Source of the DNA: Eukaryota sp. TZLM1-RC
Lineage: Eukaryota > Protista > Metamonada: BaSk clade
NCBI GenBank assembly: GCA_040285825.1
Contig: JAUPSS010000001.1
Location: forward strand, 868,001-932,000
Direction: 5' to 3'
DNA length: 64,000 bases
Both the position numbers and the translations under genes were made by a program. How positions within the stretch are numbered: position 1 is the first letter of the stretch; each line of letters starts with the position of its first letter. Of the stretch, positions 47,090 to 58,871 are shown piece after piece. The notes below the pieces were generated by a model. That model was not told where the DNA came from. It was given only the letters and a program-made list of their open reading frames with translations, and did no database searches.

Positions 47090-48830
47090 AGATTATCCGT
47101 TGTGTCCTATCTTTTTCTGCTTTGCTATTCATCCTTTAATGAATGAATTAATACAAGAATTTCAAGCTATTCAAATTACTGCTTATATAAATGAAATTTT
47201 AATTATTGGTCCAATTGCTTCATTGAGAAAAATTGTTAGAATTGTTCAACAACTATTATCAAATTTGTCTTTCCTTAAATATTTCTAAATGCTTGCTGAT
47301 TGGTAAAGAGATTGCTGAACTGGTTATTGATGATCAAATTGTTCCTTTCATTAACTCTTTTGAATCAGGATTCGATTTTTAGGTGGTTATTTAGCCAATT
47401 TTGAGGATATATGAAATCACTTTTCCTCCCTTTTTGCACATTTTGAACAGGAAATTGCTGTTCTTTCAGATTTAGATATTCAAAGACATCCTAAATTTTT
47501 CTTTCTCAGAATTTGTTATTCAGAAGAATTTAGTCATATCCTACGATCAACCTTACCATCTCTCTCGAATTTTGCAGAATTTTAAATGAATTAAGAACAA
47601 AATTGTTGGATGATATGCTCAATATTGATTCTTCTGTTTTCCGTGGTCATATTTGTTTATCACAGAATTAGGAGGCTTAGATTTTAACAATTCTAAATAT
47701 TTGTGTAAAACTGCATCGATTGGTGGATGCAAAATTTTTGAATTATTGAAATGTTTTCCTGAAAACAAACATTTAATAGAATGTTGTGGTATTGATTATT
47801 TGGGGAAGGAAATTGGAGAACGAAATTGAATCCCTCTCTCCTCACATCTGGTCCACATGCTTTCCTACCGATATTGAAGAAATTCCCGCCAGAACTTTGA
47901 TTTCTTGAAGATCTACATACACCAAATTGCAGAAATAAATACTAAGGGTTTTTGAAAACTTGCATTTTATTTTTGATCTTAGCTTGCATAAAGAGAAGAA
48001 TCTCGTTTTTACCAACTGTTGTATTGATCTTAAGGAAAGTAGCTCAAGTTGTCTTATTTACCAAATTCTAGATGTTTATGTTTTATTCTTAAATCGCCAT
48101 CAAAGGACAACTGCCTTAAACATGAGGTTATTTTCTGTGGCCATGCAGTTTGCCAAATGAATTGATCTGTCGTTGTGGTCAGCTTCTTATGTTGAATCAT
48201 TTATATTATTGCTAATTTAATATTACCTAACGATCAGTTGTTGATGATGTTGTTAGTTACCAACTGTAAGCCATGTGCAAAAGTCACCATATTGAAGCTT
48301 TTGTTGAACCACTTCTGCGTAAATTGCCACCTGAGAATGATGATAATACTTTTGGAAAACGCCGTGCTGATTTAATGACTTCTGCGTCTGATGGTGTGAT
48401 GAAAGTTGTTGATGGTTGTGAAGATTCAGCAATTGATTTTGCCAAAAAAGATGAAACTCCACTCTGCTTCATTGAAAAGAGCAAAATCAAGAGCCTTTAT
48501 CTCGCCTAGGGTTTGTTGAGCATGTGAAATATCAGTTGGTTCCATTTGCTGTTTCTCTTTTTGGTAACTTTGGAATCTTTGGTATAAAATTTGTCGAAGG
48601 ATTCTGATGTTTCCTAAAAGAAAGAGCAGGAAACGAGCTGATCATTAATTTCAGGTACATTAGAGTTGTTTTTAGTATACTTAAAACAATTTCAGAAATG
48701 ATAACCAAAACAGTTACAATTATCACTAGAGTATACAGATCGTGCACTTGAGATATTAGATGATGTGGATGGGTGTATTGAGAAATTATTGAGTTCTAGT
48801 TTGTTGTTTATTTTTTTTGTTTGCGTTTCA
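47090..48830 (+). mobile_element. Heavily degenerate RLE LINE (another family)
   Basis: FFCFAIHP..TAYINE (eroded YxDD), MCKSHHIEAFVEPLL..RRADL, VPFAVSLFG; first part duplicated at 20295-20545. Confidence 0.7.
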
Positions 48831-49944
48831 AAATAAAAGAAAACATGATAGAAGATGCTGCTGAAAATGAGTACTAGAAATACGATACTGTATAAAACCA
48901 CAGCCATTGTAAAAGAAATCTCCTGTTGAGTTTACAAAAGCTGAATTCCCAACTTCGATTCCCTTCATCAATCCCCCAAACCCAATGTAGTCTTTTGAGA
49001 GCACCGTAGAAAAGCTCTGACATCAATGATGCTGATGACACTTAAAGCCAACAACCTCTGTGCTTTGCCTTTGTTCAAAATGATGGTTGGGTCATAATCA
49101 TACCCTCTTTTAGACGAATGAATGCTACTTTTGAAGCCTTATGTAATCTACCACGCAAAACAAAGAAGTGCTAATTTTTATGGAATAAATGAGAAACAAC
49201 TAGTGCCGATGGGTAAGCCTGGGACTGTTTCAAAAACCTTCGATCTATTTATAAATCAGTCTTTCCAAATTGGATTGAGAACAATATCTCTTTGTATTTT
49301 CTTGTTAGTAAACATTTGTTTATATTATTTCTCTTACAATGATTAAAGTTCATTAAATAACTACTAAAAAAATCTACCTGAATTGGCTCTAAGCCTACGC
49401 AGCGGTCCATTACAAGTCCTTATCCAATAATATCCTTCAGAAAGAATGGCACGGAAAGGGTGGCACGGAAACCTTTGGTAAATTGATGATGACAGGTTTT
49501 CCAACATGAAACCAGGCCCATCGTTGGTGAGAGTTCTCACAAACAGAAGAGATGTCTGATGTCTCCTGAACACTGCAAATTAAGTTATAGAAGCCGTTGA
49601 GTTGGTTTGACTCCAGAAAGTATGCGAAAAGTCAGCGGCACATGGTTTGACGGAGGTTTGGAGGGAAACTGAAATTGGGTGAATAGTATTCAACATAAAA
49701 GTCAACCAAAAAGTTTAATGGATTTGATCAACAAAATAATCATCAGCTCGAACAAGTTCATTCTCCCACATTGTATTCTCACATAACCCGAAGTAATACT
49801 CTGATAAACAGATATCAAGTAGAATAGGAAACTAAGTCCCCTCCACGTAATAATACCTTTGGAAAGGGGTTACAACGGTGAAGACCCTTCGATTCTTCTT
49901 TTCAGTTCAATTAATATGTACATACTATTTGATTCGATTGTGTT

Positions 49945-50140
49945 TATTCAATCGTGTTTACTGGCAAAACAGGATTGTATTTTCTATGTAAGAAAATGGA
50001 GAAAATAGTTTCTGATTGACTTTCTTCTTTTGGAAAATTTTGTGAATTAGTAATAAACTGTTTCAATGCAGGGGAGGCAGGTTTTGAGGAGCTTTAGTTG
50101 TGTATTTGATGATTTCTTATTCCTTATTTAATAAAATGAA
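49945..50140 (+). mobile_element. LINE family B-like 3' fragment
   Basis: TTCAATCGTGTTTACTGGCAAAACAGGATTGT..GGGGAGGCAGGTTTTGAGGA as in 26620-26770. Confidence 0.75.
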
Positions 50141-50254
50141 TGCTTTTTAATGTATCCTTTTGAGTTTATGTATTTGTCAATCAAACAATGGACCTTACTT
50201 GTGCCCTAGATATAGGCTGACATAGTATTACAATGTTAATCTCCAGACATGATG

Positions 50255-51163
50255 CTACGGAGTTTTGGATAGCCAATCCCAAATGATGTGGTTTGTCTCT
50301 TCTGGATTTGTTTCAGCGGGACAATGACCTTCGCCTTCAATAACTACTATTGAAGTGTTCAGTAGCTCTTCCAACCACCTTCCTTCTTCTAACGGAACCA
50401 CTGCATCCTTGTCTCCCCATATTATCAGTCTTGGGAGATCCCCGATTGACCTTATTAAATCAACACCAATATCCTCACTTTGAGTTGCCATCATTTTAAC
50501 TAAGCATTTATGGGTCTCGGGCATCTGTAGTGGAGTGAAGTGTCCTTCAATCTCTTCCTCTGTAGGTACCCTTCCATAAGCTTTAATTAGACTCCTTTCA
50601 AAGCGACTTCTTCTTTTGAGTACTGCTTTGGTAATTGGATAAATCAATGGTCTCAGTGGTCTCAAGCTGCATATGAATTTCGCTACAGCTGGAATGACTG
50701 GTTGTAGAGCCGGGGCAATAAAGATTAAACGTTCTATTTTGTGTTCTTTCTCCTTTTTCATCATTATTGCACTAGCACATCCCATTGAATGAGCAATAAT
50801 TACCCATTTCAGGGTATCTGATATGCTATACTCTTGCTCTACATGTTGTATTACACCCCATAACAACCTGGCTCTATCATCATGACCATGAACAAAATTT
50901 GTACATCGACAGGATAGCCCAAAGCCAACCATATCAATGGCTAACACAAAGAAACCCTTTTCAGCAAGAAAGGGACCAAGGAACCTCCAATTGTATGTAT
51001 TACCAAACATACCGTGGTTCAACAACACAAGTGTACAATCCCTAACAGCTTTGTTCGCTGGGATCCATCTTTCTGTATGTAGATCTAGTGAGTTTACTGT
51101 TAAATAATCTGAAGTGTGAGAATAGAGGAGGGACATTATGTGCGAACTTTCTGTGGTTTTCAT
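50255..51163 (-). CDS. Alpha/beta hydrolase (start may be the ATG at 51136)
   Basis: HGMFG, IDMVGFG, AHSMG nucleophile elbow, IWGDKD, GHCP. Confidence 0.88.
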   Translation of the reverse strand: MKTTESSHIMSLLYSHTSDYLTVNSLDLHTERWIPANKAVRDCTLVLLNHGMFGNTYNWRFLGPFLAEKGFFVLAIDMVGFGLSCRCTNFVHGHDDRARLLWGVIQHVEQEYSISDTLKWVIIAHSMGCASAIMMKKEKEHKIERLIFIAPALQPVIPAVAKFICSLRPLRPLIYPITKAVLKRRSRFERSLIKAYGRVPTEEEIEGHFTPLQMPETHKCLVKMMATQSEDIGVDLIRSIGDLPRLIIWGDKDAVVPLEEGRWLEELLNTSIVVIEGEGHCPAETNPEETNHIIWDWLSKTP

Positions 51164-51320
51164 TTGAAATGCATACTTTCGTCAAGCATCATTCACACTT
51201 ATTCCAAGAACTTTCATCCTTGGTGAGATCGTCCATAGACGTTCTAGAATCCTTGAATAATTGGCCACCAAGCTCAGTGAGCCCATTTCTCCTCTAGAAC
51301 AATACGTAGCTTTGAAACTA
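51137..51320 (-). ncRNA. Putative Fanzor omegaRNA scaffold
   Basis: Immediately 3' of the Fanzor stop; stems GTTCTAGA/TCTAGAAC, GCTC-act-GAGC, CGTC-tatg-GACG, CCAAGGA-tgaaag-TTCTTGG, GTGTGAAT/GTTCGCAC. Confidence 0.55.
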
Positions 51321-52823
51321 GTTTCTTTGTGGTCTCTGGAACGCTTCTGGTCTTGTTCCATAGTAGTGCTCACTAATTGCAATTTCTAGCTGATTTAGTG
51401 ATGCAGAAATGTCTCTAGACGATACTTGATTACATTCCGGTCAACTGAAATAGGCGTTGTGAACTTTAACTTCACCATCAACTTCTCGATAGATCTTTTG
51501 GTGTAGCATCTTGCAGCAGTTCACCTTTGCAGATGTCATATATTCATCTCCGATCTTCACATTAGCAAATGAACGTTGTAACAACTTGAGAAATGCCTTA
51601 CGTGGAGTTTTCACCTTTTAACGTGATGTACCACCACCTCCATTGCCAAACCACACCTTTACTTCTCGACCGTTTGCAAATTTTTTCACTTTGTTGATAA
51701 TGGAGCTGAATCTTTTCTGTTTTCTTATAAAGAAGTCAAATGTGTTTCTCTTCAATGCTTTTCGAGCACTCACATATAATTGCTGCTTTAGCAATGATCG
51801 TCTTACGTTATTACCTTCATAGTCCTTATAGTCACCGATAGCTGATATTTCAAGCAGATAATGGTTCAATTTCTGCACGTCATAAACATCTATTGATGAG
51901 TGGGTCAGTGAAGCGGAGTGATTGATTTTTCGTTGCTTTGGTGCCAAGAAGATATTGGATACGGTCGGCCCTGAACGTGTTCCAATACTGGAACCACATA
52001 GATTTGAATGGTTGGGGTCGATGGCCCAGAACAACATTTCCGTTTGGTCATCAGGTGCCTGCCACTCAGTAGCTTTTGGTTTCTGGCGAGGTCTTGGCCG
52101 TTCAACCTTGGCTTGCAAGGTATGTTTTCTATTCCGAGTGGTTTCGTAGTAGTCAAGTTCCCCTCTGGATCTCTTATTACTCAAGGCTTCTCCAGACAAT
52201 CTCACTCGTGTTGCTTTGGGGTGCGGTTTGAAAGTTATACGGACACTATCACCATTAGAAGACATGTTGTAGTCATTAGCTTTTGTTTTAAAAAATAAAT
52301 AAGGGTTTTTCAAAATTGTTTGTGATGTGTTTTTGGAGATAAAATGGTTGAGAACCCATGTGGAAAAGGGGACAAAAGCAGGCTTCAAACTAGCGATGGG
52401 AGTGAGTCTATGTCGTCTAAAGGTATATGGAAAGGCTTGCTCCAGGTAGTTTTGGATTGTTAAGCCGCAACGAAAGATGTAGGTACCGTTCTCTTGATTA
52501 AGAGTCACTCTTAGAGAAGAAAGAAGAGTGTTGTACCTGTGAGGATCACCAACCAAATAGTTAAACAGAGTAAGAGCCATGGTATGGTGAGTGTTGAACC
52601 AAGAAAGAAGAGGTTCACGAAAGTTCGTGCTGTTGTGAAGAACAGAACCAGCATAAGTGGCTGGTGCAGGGCAGATATAACCTACCGCATACGAGCGGAA
52701 GAAGTTAAGCTTCCACGACACAAGTCCATCAGCAAGAAGCTGCTGGCAGTTGCCTTGCAGCTGGCGGCACTTTTGGTCATCAAACATCTGTATATTTTTC
52801 AAATTTATCTCAACTAATACCAC
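51318..52823 (-). pseudogene. Fanzor1 RNA-guided RuvC nuclease (two in-frame stops; 5' end uncertain)
   Basis: LTPIASLKPAFVPF, SNGDSVRITF, WAIDPN, VWFGNGG; past TAA 51618 the frame continues GDEYMTSAKVNCC..*PEC..SRDISASLN..GTRPEAFQR to TAG 51318. Confidence 0.85.
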
Positions 52824-52932
52824 CCATAAAAAACACCTGCAACCTCAAAAGATTTCGGAATAACAGAATGTGAATTTATGCATTTCCAATCAGCTCAATC
52901 AAAAAATGCCACCTAAAATATGAAACATATTA

Positions 52933-53112
52933 TATGAAACAAAAATCTTGGTTCTCGATAAAGACAGCGAAAAATCAACAGAACAAGAACTCACAGATGA
53001 CTTGCTCTCAATCATTTATATCTTCAATTGCAGACAAATGGGTAGACGAAGGTATAAAAGCACAAAAGGTGAGAATTTATCCATCGAGGTTACAGAAGAA
53101 AATTCTTCGTAA
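52933..53112 (+). pseudogene. IS607 TnpA / TnpB-Fanzor2 remnant, copy 3
   Basis: ETKILVLDKDSEKSTEQELTDDLLSIIYIFNCRQMGRRRY overlapping KSWFSIK..KVRIYP. Confidence 0.75.
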
Positions 53113-53590
53113 AATTACCCATAAAGGAGAATTCCATTTTGCATCCCGCTCATCATATCACAAACAAGACATTACCCCATTGGTTGCCCTAACTTTTGAG
53201 AGACAAACAAAGGCATTGGGTAGAGCATATTTGGAAGATGAAACTTATTCATAAATGTTTATTTCATTAATAAATTGAATTTCTATAATTGAACATCATA
53301 CAATGCTTCACTGAACTTGAATTATGTCTTTACACCCAAGATCACCATTATAAATACAACTGTCTAATATCAATTTTTCCTGTCAAAGTAGTTATACCAA
53401 CATCCACACAGCAGAGATAACTCTATGATGGCGATTTGATCAATTCCTAGAGTATTTGTACCTCAAAATATCAAATCCCATTAGAATGGTTTATGCCATT
53501 ATCCTATATATATTAATGCGAGTGTGAGTGGGTGTTATTTTCAATTAGTCTTTTCATAAAATAAATACCAGTGGTTTGATTGAATTCCAC

Positions 53591-54325
53591 ATGAAACTAA
53601 CTGTTATAGGCCACTGGGCAGGATATCCTAAAGCTAATGACGCTACCTCTGGTTATTTGCTCCAGCACGATGGTTTCAATGTTCTTATTGATTGTGGTAG
53701 TGGTGTATTGTCCAACATGTTGCACTTCGTTTCTTACACCGAACTGCATGCAGTTGTCATCTCCCACTACCACCATGATCATATTGCTGACGTAGGTCCA
53801 CTACAATACGCTAGGCTAGTGGAAACACAGCTAGGCAAGGTGAATTCTCCACTCAAAGTATATGGCCCATCGTATGATCAGGATACACTGTCAAAGTTAA
53901 AGAAACCTCCATTTGTTGACACTGTTCCATATGACCCGCAAAGCCGAAAAACAATAGGTCCATTTGAGTTGGAATTTCATGAAAATATCCACTCAATTAA
54001 ATCATTTGCCATTAAGGCTACTTGTGGATCCAAATCAGTAGCTTATTCAGGAGACACTGCCTATCATGAGACATTGGCAGAGTTTGTTAGTGATGTAGAT
54101 TTGTTCATTTGCGAGGCGAGCTTCTATCCTTGGCAAGATGCAGTGCCTTATGGACACTTAACAAGTACAGAAGCAGCGAGAATTGCTCAAAAAGCGTCAG
54201 TAAATCATCTTTTACTTACACATTTACCTCACTTCGGAAATGTAAACGAGTTGCTTGAGGATGCTAAGAAACATTTCGAACAGAGAACGAGTCTGGCATT
54301 CAAAGGGTGGTGTTGTGAGATATAG
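53591..54325 (+). CDS. MBL-fold hydrolase (YhfI-like), copy 2
   Basis: Nearly identical to 23938-24672. Confidence 0.9.
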   Translation: MKLTVIGHWAGYPKANDATSGYLLQHDGFNVLIDCGSGVLSNMLHFVSYTELHAVVISHYHHDHIADVGPLQYARLVETQLGKVNSPLKVYGPSYDQDTLSKLKKPPFVDTVPYDPQSRKTIGPFELEFHENIHSIKSFAIKATCGSKSVAYSGDTAYHETLAEFVSDVDLFICEASFYPWQDAVPYGHLTSTEAARIAQKASVNHLLLTHLPHFGNVNELLEDAKKHFEQRTSLAFKGWCCEI

Positions 54326-54529
54326 TTGTTTTTGTGGTTTGATTCCATTGGAATGTGGAAGTGTAAAGAAAATGGTGTGCTGTTAAAGTAACTACAAGTG
54401 ATTCAATCAATCAACATTTTGACACCATAAATTCAATAGACTTGATGACTAGACACTAGCATTAGTAGAGAAAAATTCGTTAATGAAACTTTATTTATAA
54501 GTCAAGTTTGAGACAACTTTTGACAATTT

Positions 54530-56597
54530 GGTATAAAAACTGTTGAAGGTGCTTCTGTTGCTTCAATGACTTCAGATGTTTTTTTCAATAGTCAACAACA
54601 TCAATATATTTTCAATTTGGATTTCAAAAATGCTTTCAATTCTGTGAAACGTGATTGTATTTTTGATGTGCTTCTTCATGATTTTCCTGAACTTTCTGCA
54701 TATTTTTATTTATTTTATGGAAAAAAATCAGACTTAATTTTTGACTCCTTTACCCTTGAATCTTCTTCTGGTGTGAAACAAGGTGATCCTCTTGGCCCTT
54801 TGCTGTTTTGTTTGGCTATTCATAATATTATTAAAATGACACAACAAGATTTCCCTGATTTGCGTATTGTTGCCTATATGGATGACATTTCTATTATTGG
54901 TTCTTTTGAAAGCATTTCCAGGGTTTCTGAAGACATTGCGGCAAAATACAAAGAAATTGGTTTAGCTTTGAACCCATCTAAATGTCTCTTGATTGGTAGA
55001 GAAAAACAATCTTTGATGATTGGTGGAGCTCAGATTCCTTTTATCAATTATGACCAACAAGCTTTTAAGTTTCTTGGATGTTGGCTTGGCAATTTGGATG
55101 AAATCTATTCCCAGTTAAACAATTTATTGGAGAAGTTTGACAAGGATCTTAGTTTTATCGCTGAATGTGACATTGAGAAACACATCAAATTTTTTATTTT
55201 AAAAATTTGTTATTCTGGAAAATTCACTCATATTTTAAGGTCAACTCCCCTTCGGTATCTCTCAATTTTTGCAGATCTTTTAACAAACTTCGAGTCAAAT
55301 TTTTTTCTTCTTTATTAGAAGTAAATGAATCTTTAATTCGAAGTCATGTATTTTGTTCAGCAGATTTGGGTGGAATTGGATTCACCAAATCTTCGATTCT
55401 GTGTAAAGCAGCATTTTTGGGAGGTGGTAAAAATTTTGTTTTTGAATTTTTCCAAAGGTTCCCTTTTGATGTTCATCTGATCAATGGTGAATCAAATTTT
55501 TACTTGAATCAACTGCAATTTGAATTAGAAAATTTGCCTAGTGATATCTGGATTCAGTGTTTTCCTCAAAACGTTCAAGAAATTCCCACTCGATCACTTC
55601 CAAATTTACGTTTTTGCTTGAAAAAGCTTCAGCACCATCTGGTTAAATTATATAAAGGCTTGGATTATGAAGTAAGACTTGGCTTGGCCAAAACTAAAAA
55701 TCCCGCTTTCAGTAATTTTTTAAAGGATATTCGTGATAGTTCAGCTGCTGCTTTAGTAACTCAAGTTCCCTCTGTTTATGGACTTTTGTTAAAAGACAAT
55801 GAATGGCTTCTAAGCATGCGTTTTCGTTGTTTTCTAAGGCCAAACAATTTGCCCAATCATTTAACTTGTAAATGTGGTAAACCTCTTTTGTTTACTCATC
55901 TTTTGAACTGTAAACATTTCATTACGTTTAGAAGCAAAGTGCATAATAACGTCAGGGACCAAATTTATGTAATGTGCAAATCATATCGAGTAGATTCCTT
56001 TTTGGAACCGCTGTTATCAAAATTAATTCTTGATGATCCCAATATTGATAGTACGCGTTACAACAGAGCTTCTATGGGTCTGACTAGAGGTGATCTAGTT
56101 GTTCCTGGTTTAAATGGTAGTTTTACTATTTTGGACGCCATGTCTATTGACCCTTGTAATTCCTCTAACGAACATTTCATTAACTCGGATGTAAATAATC
56201 CTCTTCTGGCAGGCGAAAAATATAAAATTGCTAAATATGCGAAACCCATTTCCTCGGTTAATGAAAATTCTCATGCCCAATATAATTTATGTCCATTTGT
56301 TTTTTCTTTGCTTGGATCTCTAGGTAAGGCTGCTATGGCTTTCCTTGAGGATTTTGTTGTAGTTGTAAAGGAAAGAACTGGAAGAATTTTCAATCGTGTT
56401 TACTGGCAAAACAGGATTGTATTTTCAATTTTTAAGGGAATGGTAACACTAATTTCTGATTCACTATCTTCTTTTGGGAAATTTTCTGAATCTTTAGCGA
56501 TTAATTGTTTTGATGTAGGGGAGGCAGGTTTTGAGGATGTGGAGTTTTAATTGTGTATTTCATATTTGTTGTTGAATAAAAATATTCTAGAAAAAAA
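54530..56597 (+). mobile_element. 5'-truncated RLE LINE family B with poly(A) and a 15-bp TSD
   Basis: LDFKNAFN, GVKQGDPLGP, AYMDD, RLE; TSD AACTTTTGACAATTT at 54515-54529 and 56598-56612. Confidence 0.92.
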
Positions 56598-58871
56598 AAC
56601 TTTTGACAATTTTCTTCAAAAAAGATTTCTTGACAAATTCAGGATCTTGGTTGACATTCCAATGCCCGTACTTTCTATAACAAGAAGGGTCGTTTTTCCT
56701 ATCACACTTGTCGCCAAACTTGCACTTATAAGGAATCACTGGTATAGGTTCATGGGAAAAAGTGAAGCGATGAAGAGGATCCTTAAGACCTTCACAACTT
56801 ACCCCATGTTCACATACTTCCAGCTCAACGTGGTCAAATAGTCTGCAGTGTTCCTCGTTTTCCACATCTTTACAAAATCCTGAATATCGACATATATGTT
56901 TAAACCCCCTTAAATGCTTCGCTCCCTCGGAGGTCTTTCCCATATGATCCACATAGTAATACTCGCAGGTATAAGGATTAGGACATTGGGGTAGTTCAGA
57001 GTTTATATTAGGAGCACTTTTAGTAATAGAGGAAGATCTTGGTTTTTTGAAACGATTTTGTGGATGTAAAATGTTGAAAAAATGTTCGATGAGATAGTGA
57101 AGCCAACTGGTTACAATTTTTAAAGGGGCAACGTGGAACATGGTGAAATTTTGAAATATGATCTCTTTCATCAACACGTTGGCAGGGAAAGAGCAAATCT
57201 TGACATGGAAGCATAAAATTTCGAGAATTTTGAATTAAATCGTATTTAATTAAATCTTGGCATTGAGCTAGACAATCCCCAAATCCACTAAATATAATTG
57301 AATCAAAAAACTTGTGGAAAATGGAAAGTACAAATGATAAAACAGTCATTGCACCAGGAATAGGGTTTTTGAAAGCTCCACAACCAAGAGGGCAAATCAC
57401 TAAATGAGTAATTCCGTGTTTAATGGCAGCTAAAAAGACACAAGTCCATCTCTTGTATAGTAATTGCAAATCATCAAAATGAGCATAGTCTTCACCAAAG
57501 TTTTCAACTTCCTTTTTTTGTGGATTTTGAGGAGCAGCAGTACTTATAATGGTAACTCTTTGTGGTTTTTCAAGCAATTGACATCCAGTAGCTTCCGTTG
57601 TTTTGAAAATTTCCACATTTTCGGTAACTACAACATCAATTTTAGCTGTTTTCCATGGATATGCTACACTTTGGCCAGAAACTACCTGTCCACCATACTG
57701 TTCAGGATCCAAAGCAGCACCTAGAGTTGTTCTTCTGAAAAGTGATTCTTCCTGAGCACTGGCACCCGTGAGATAACCACCACCAGGATGTTCCTCATTA
57801 GCCATGTTGAGGACACCAACACGGTTAGTGGTAGGATCAAGGCTAATCGCACATTCAAGACAGTCTTTTTCCAAAAACTCGATCGGTTTAACATCATTAG
57901 TTGCAAAAAAATCAAAATCATGATTAAAAAAATCGTCAAAAAAATAGACAGAATTACATAGCAAATTACAATTCAATCTAGTAAAGGATTCACCATTCAG
58001 AGCATAACCATTGGCATTCACGACTCTCAAAGCATGAGCTAATATGATGCACAACACAAGCCTATAACAATTGTTGAATCTTCGTCTAAGAGAGGGAAGG
58101 TCATAGGAATTGATTAGGAAATGGATTAATTGATCATTGTAATTTTCGACTAAATTTCCATAGTAATGCAGAGCCAAATCAACATGGGCCTTTTCTTCGG
58201 CAAAACAAACAGGATACGCAAGAGCAGGATTGAATTCCTCAACCAAAACTAATGTAATTTCTCTATTTTTCCCTTTAATTCTACAATTAAAAATCGTACC
58301 TCTTTTTAGAACACATTCATCCTCTGTGCTGACCAGAACAACTCTTCTATCCCCAAACAAAGTGATCTTGTGCTTTGTGGAAGTGAGGCTCTGGTCAATG
58401 ACGTGTCTTAGAGTTGAGAAATTTGGACAAGGAATGAAGACTAGTTCGAATAAATAGAATTCATTAAAAGAAATTCTAAAATTTTGGTTGGAAGTGTCAA
58501 TTGATTGAATGATCTCTGATTGATCTTCTTTTGAAAAGACCAAATATTCGAACAATGAAATGTCAGCCAATATTTGGTCATTTAGATAGATTGTCTTTGA
58601 ATTCGGTAATAGTTGAGCCAAATTTTCGTCAATAACAGAATGATTAATTGGTGATCCATCTTCGACAACGACTGTGATCGACGTCAAGGCTAAAATTTTA
58701 GAAGTTTGATCTCTTCCCCTGCTCTTGAGCTCTACTATTTCCTTTTGCTTATCCATTAATTTTTGTTTCAATTTTTGAATCAATTGATTATTTTTTCATT
58801 ATTATTGACCGCCACCTGATCACTGTTAGTGGACATTTCTGAAATTTCTGCCTTTAAACCCAAAACTTCCT
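56587..58871 (-). pseudogene. PARG-PBZ gene copy 3 (5' deleted, frameshift near 57045)
   Basis: PGGGYLTGASAQEES and PBZ-like fingers; joined to Piezo sequence through TTCCT at 58867-58871. Confidence 0.85.

Noticed and set aside
48840-49700. Degenerate gene on the minus strand
   Set aside because: Only short broken frames and no recognisable motif.
51441-51620. Alternative genetic code explaining the Fanzor stops
   Set aside because: Long intact ORFs in the window contain no internal stops and end normally, so mutation is the simpler explanation.
55240-55256. Programmed frameshift shared by both LINE B copies (also ~25480)
   Set aside because: It falls in a C homopolymer and cannot be separated from systematic sequencing error; the same caveat applies to other homopolymer frameshifts in the window.
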